A stretch of 64,000 bases of DNA, taken from NCBI RefSeq assembly GCF_963921235.1, contig NC_086097.1, positions 116,748,001 through 116,812,000 on the forward strand, read 5' to 3'. Every line of letters begins with the position of its first letter. Position 1 is the stretch's first letter. Positions 63,644-64,000 of the stretch are shown here, in pieces. The notes beneath the pieces were generated by a model. It was not told the DNA's origin. It worked only from the letters and a program-made list of their open reading frames with translations, and searched no databases. This stretch comes from Mobula hypostoma (taxonomy: Eukaryota). A program made the translations under genes and the position numbers.

Positions 63644-64000
63644 ATAATCTTGATCTGTAAGGAAAGAGTTAAATATGAATGCTTCTTGGCGTGTGCTCAA
63701 ATAAAATGGAGGTCTATGAGACAAAATGGTGTTGGCTTGGAAAGGGAATGGAGAAAGTACAAGAGAACCAGCCCACAGCATTGTTCTGAGAAAGTTAAGT
63801 CTGCAGCCATAATAATGGAAAGTGTGAAAAACGTGTTTTTTTTCTGGGAAGATGAGGTCATTGCGTAGCTGCAGGTACAAAATTCTTGTGAATATATGGG
63901 AAAGTCTGAGCATGAGGGGAGGAAGCAAGGGAGAGGAAGGAGGAGCGAAGGAGATGGAGTGGGAGGGGGAGTAAGGGGAGAGGGAAAGGGAGTAAGGGAG

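Overview
This is a eukaryotic, repeat-dominated window with no recognisable host exon, RNA gene or CRISPR array. The repeat repertoire suggests a vertebrate, probably a cartilaginous fish (inference). It holds two decayed Tc1 transposons and Tc1-type MITEs, many CR1, Rex1/Babar and RTE LINE fragments, and several Penelope-like (GIY-YIG) elements. LTR content is a near-complete Gypsy element (30719-35361, 5-bp TSD), a decayed Mag-like Gypsy and several solo LTRs. Large minisatellites and a 4408-bp tandem duplication fill much of the last third. Most interesting points: (1) the Gypsy element has no tRNA primer site, and the 16 nt after its 5' LTR are complementary to its own LTR, suggesting self-priming; its RT motif is YLDN; (2) minimal hammerhead ribozyme motifs sit in the Penelope termini; (3) a fragmented R2-like RT fossil lies outside rDNA; (4) the minisatellites appear to have arisen inside transposons, a 59-bp unit from an LTR and a 27/30-bp unit inside an RTE ORF, which explains the long repetitive ORFs as artefacts. 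Boundaries of old LINE/SINE fragments are approximate, and family names come from motif recognition, not database searches.
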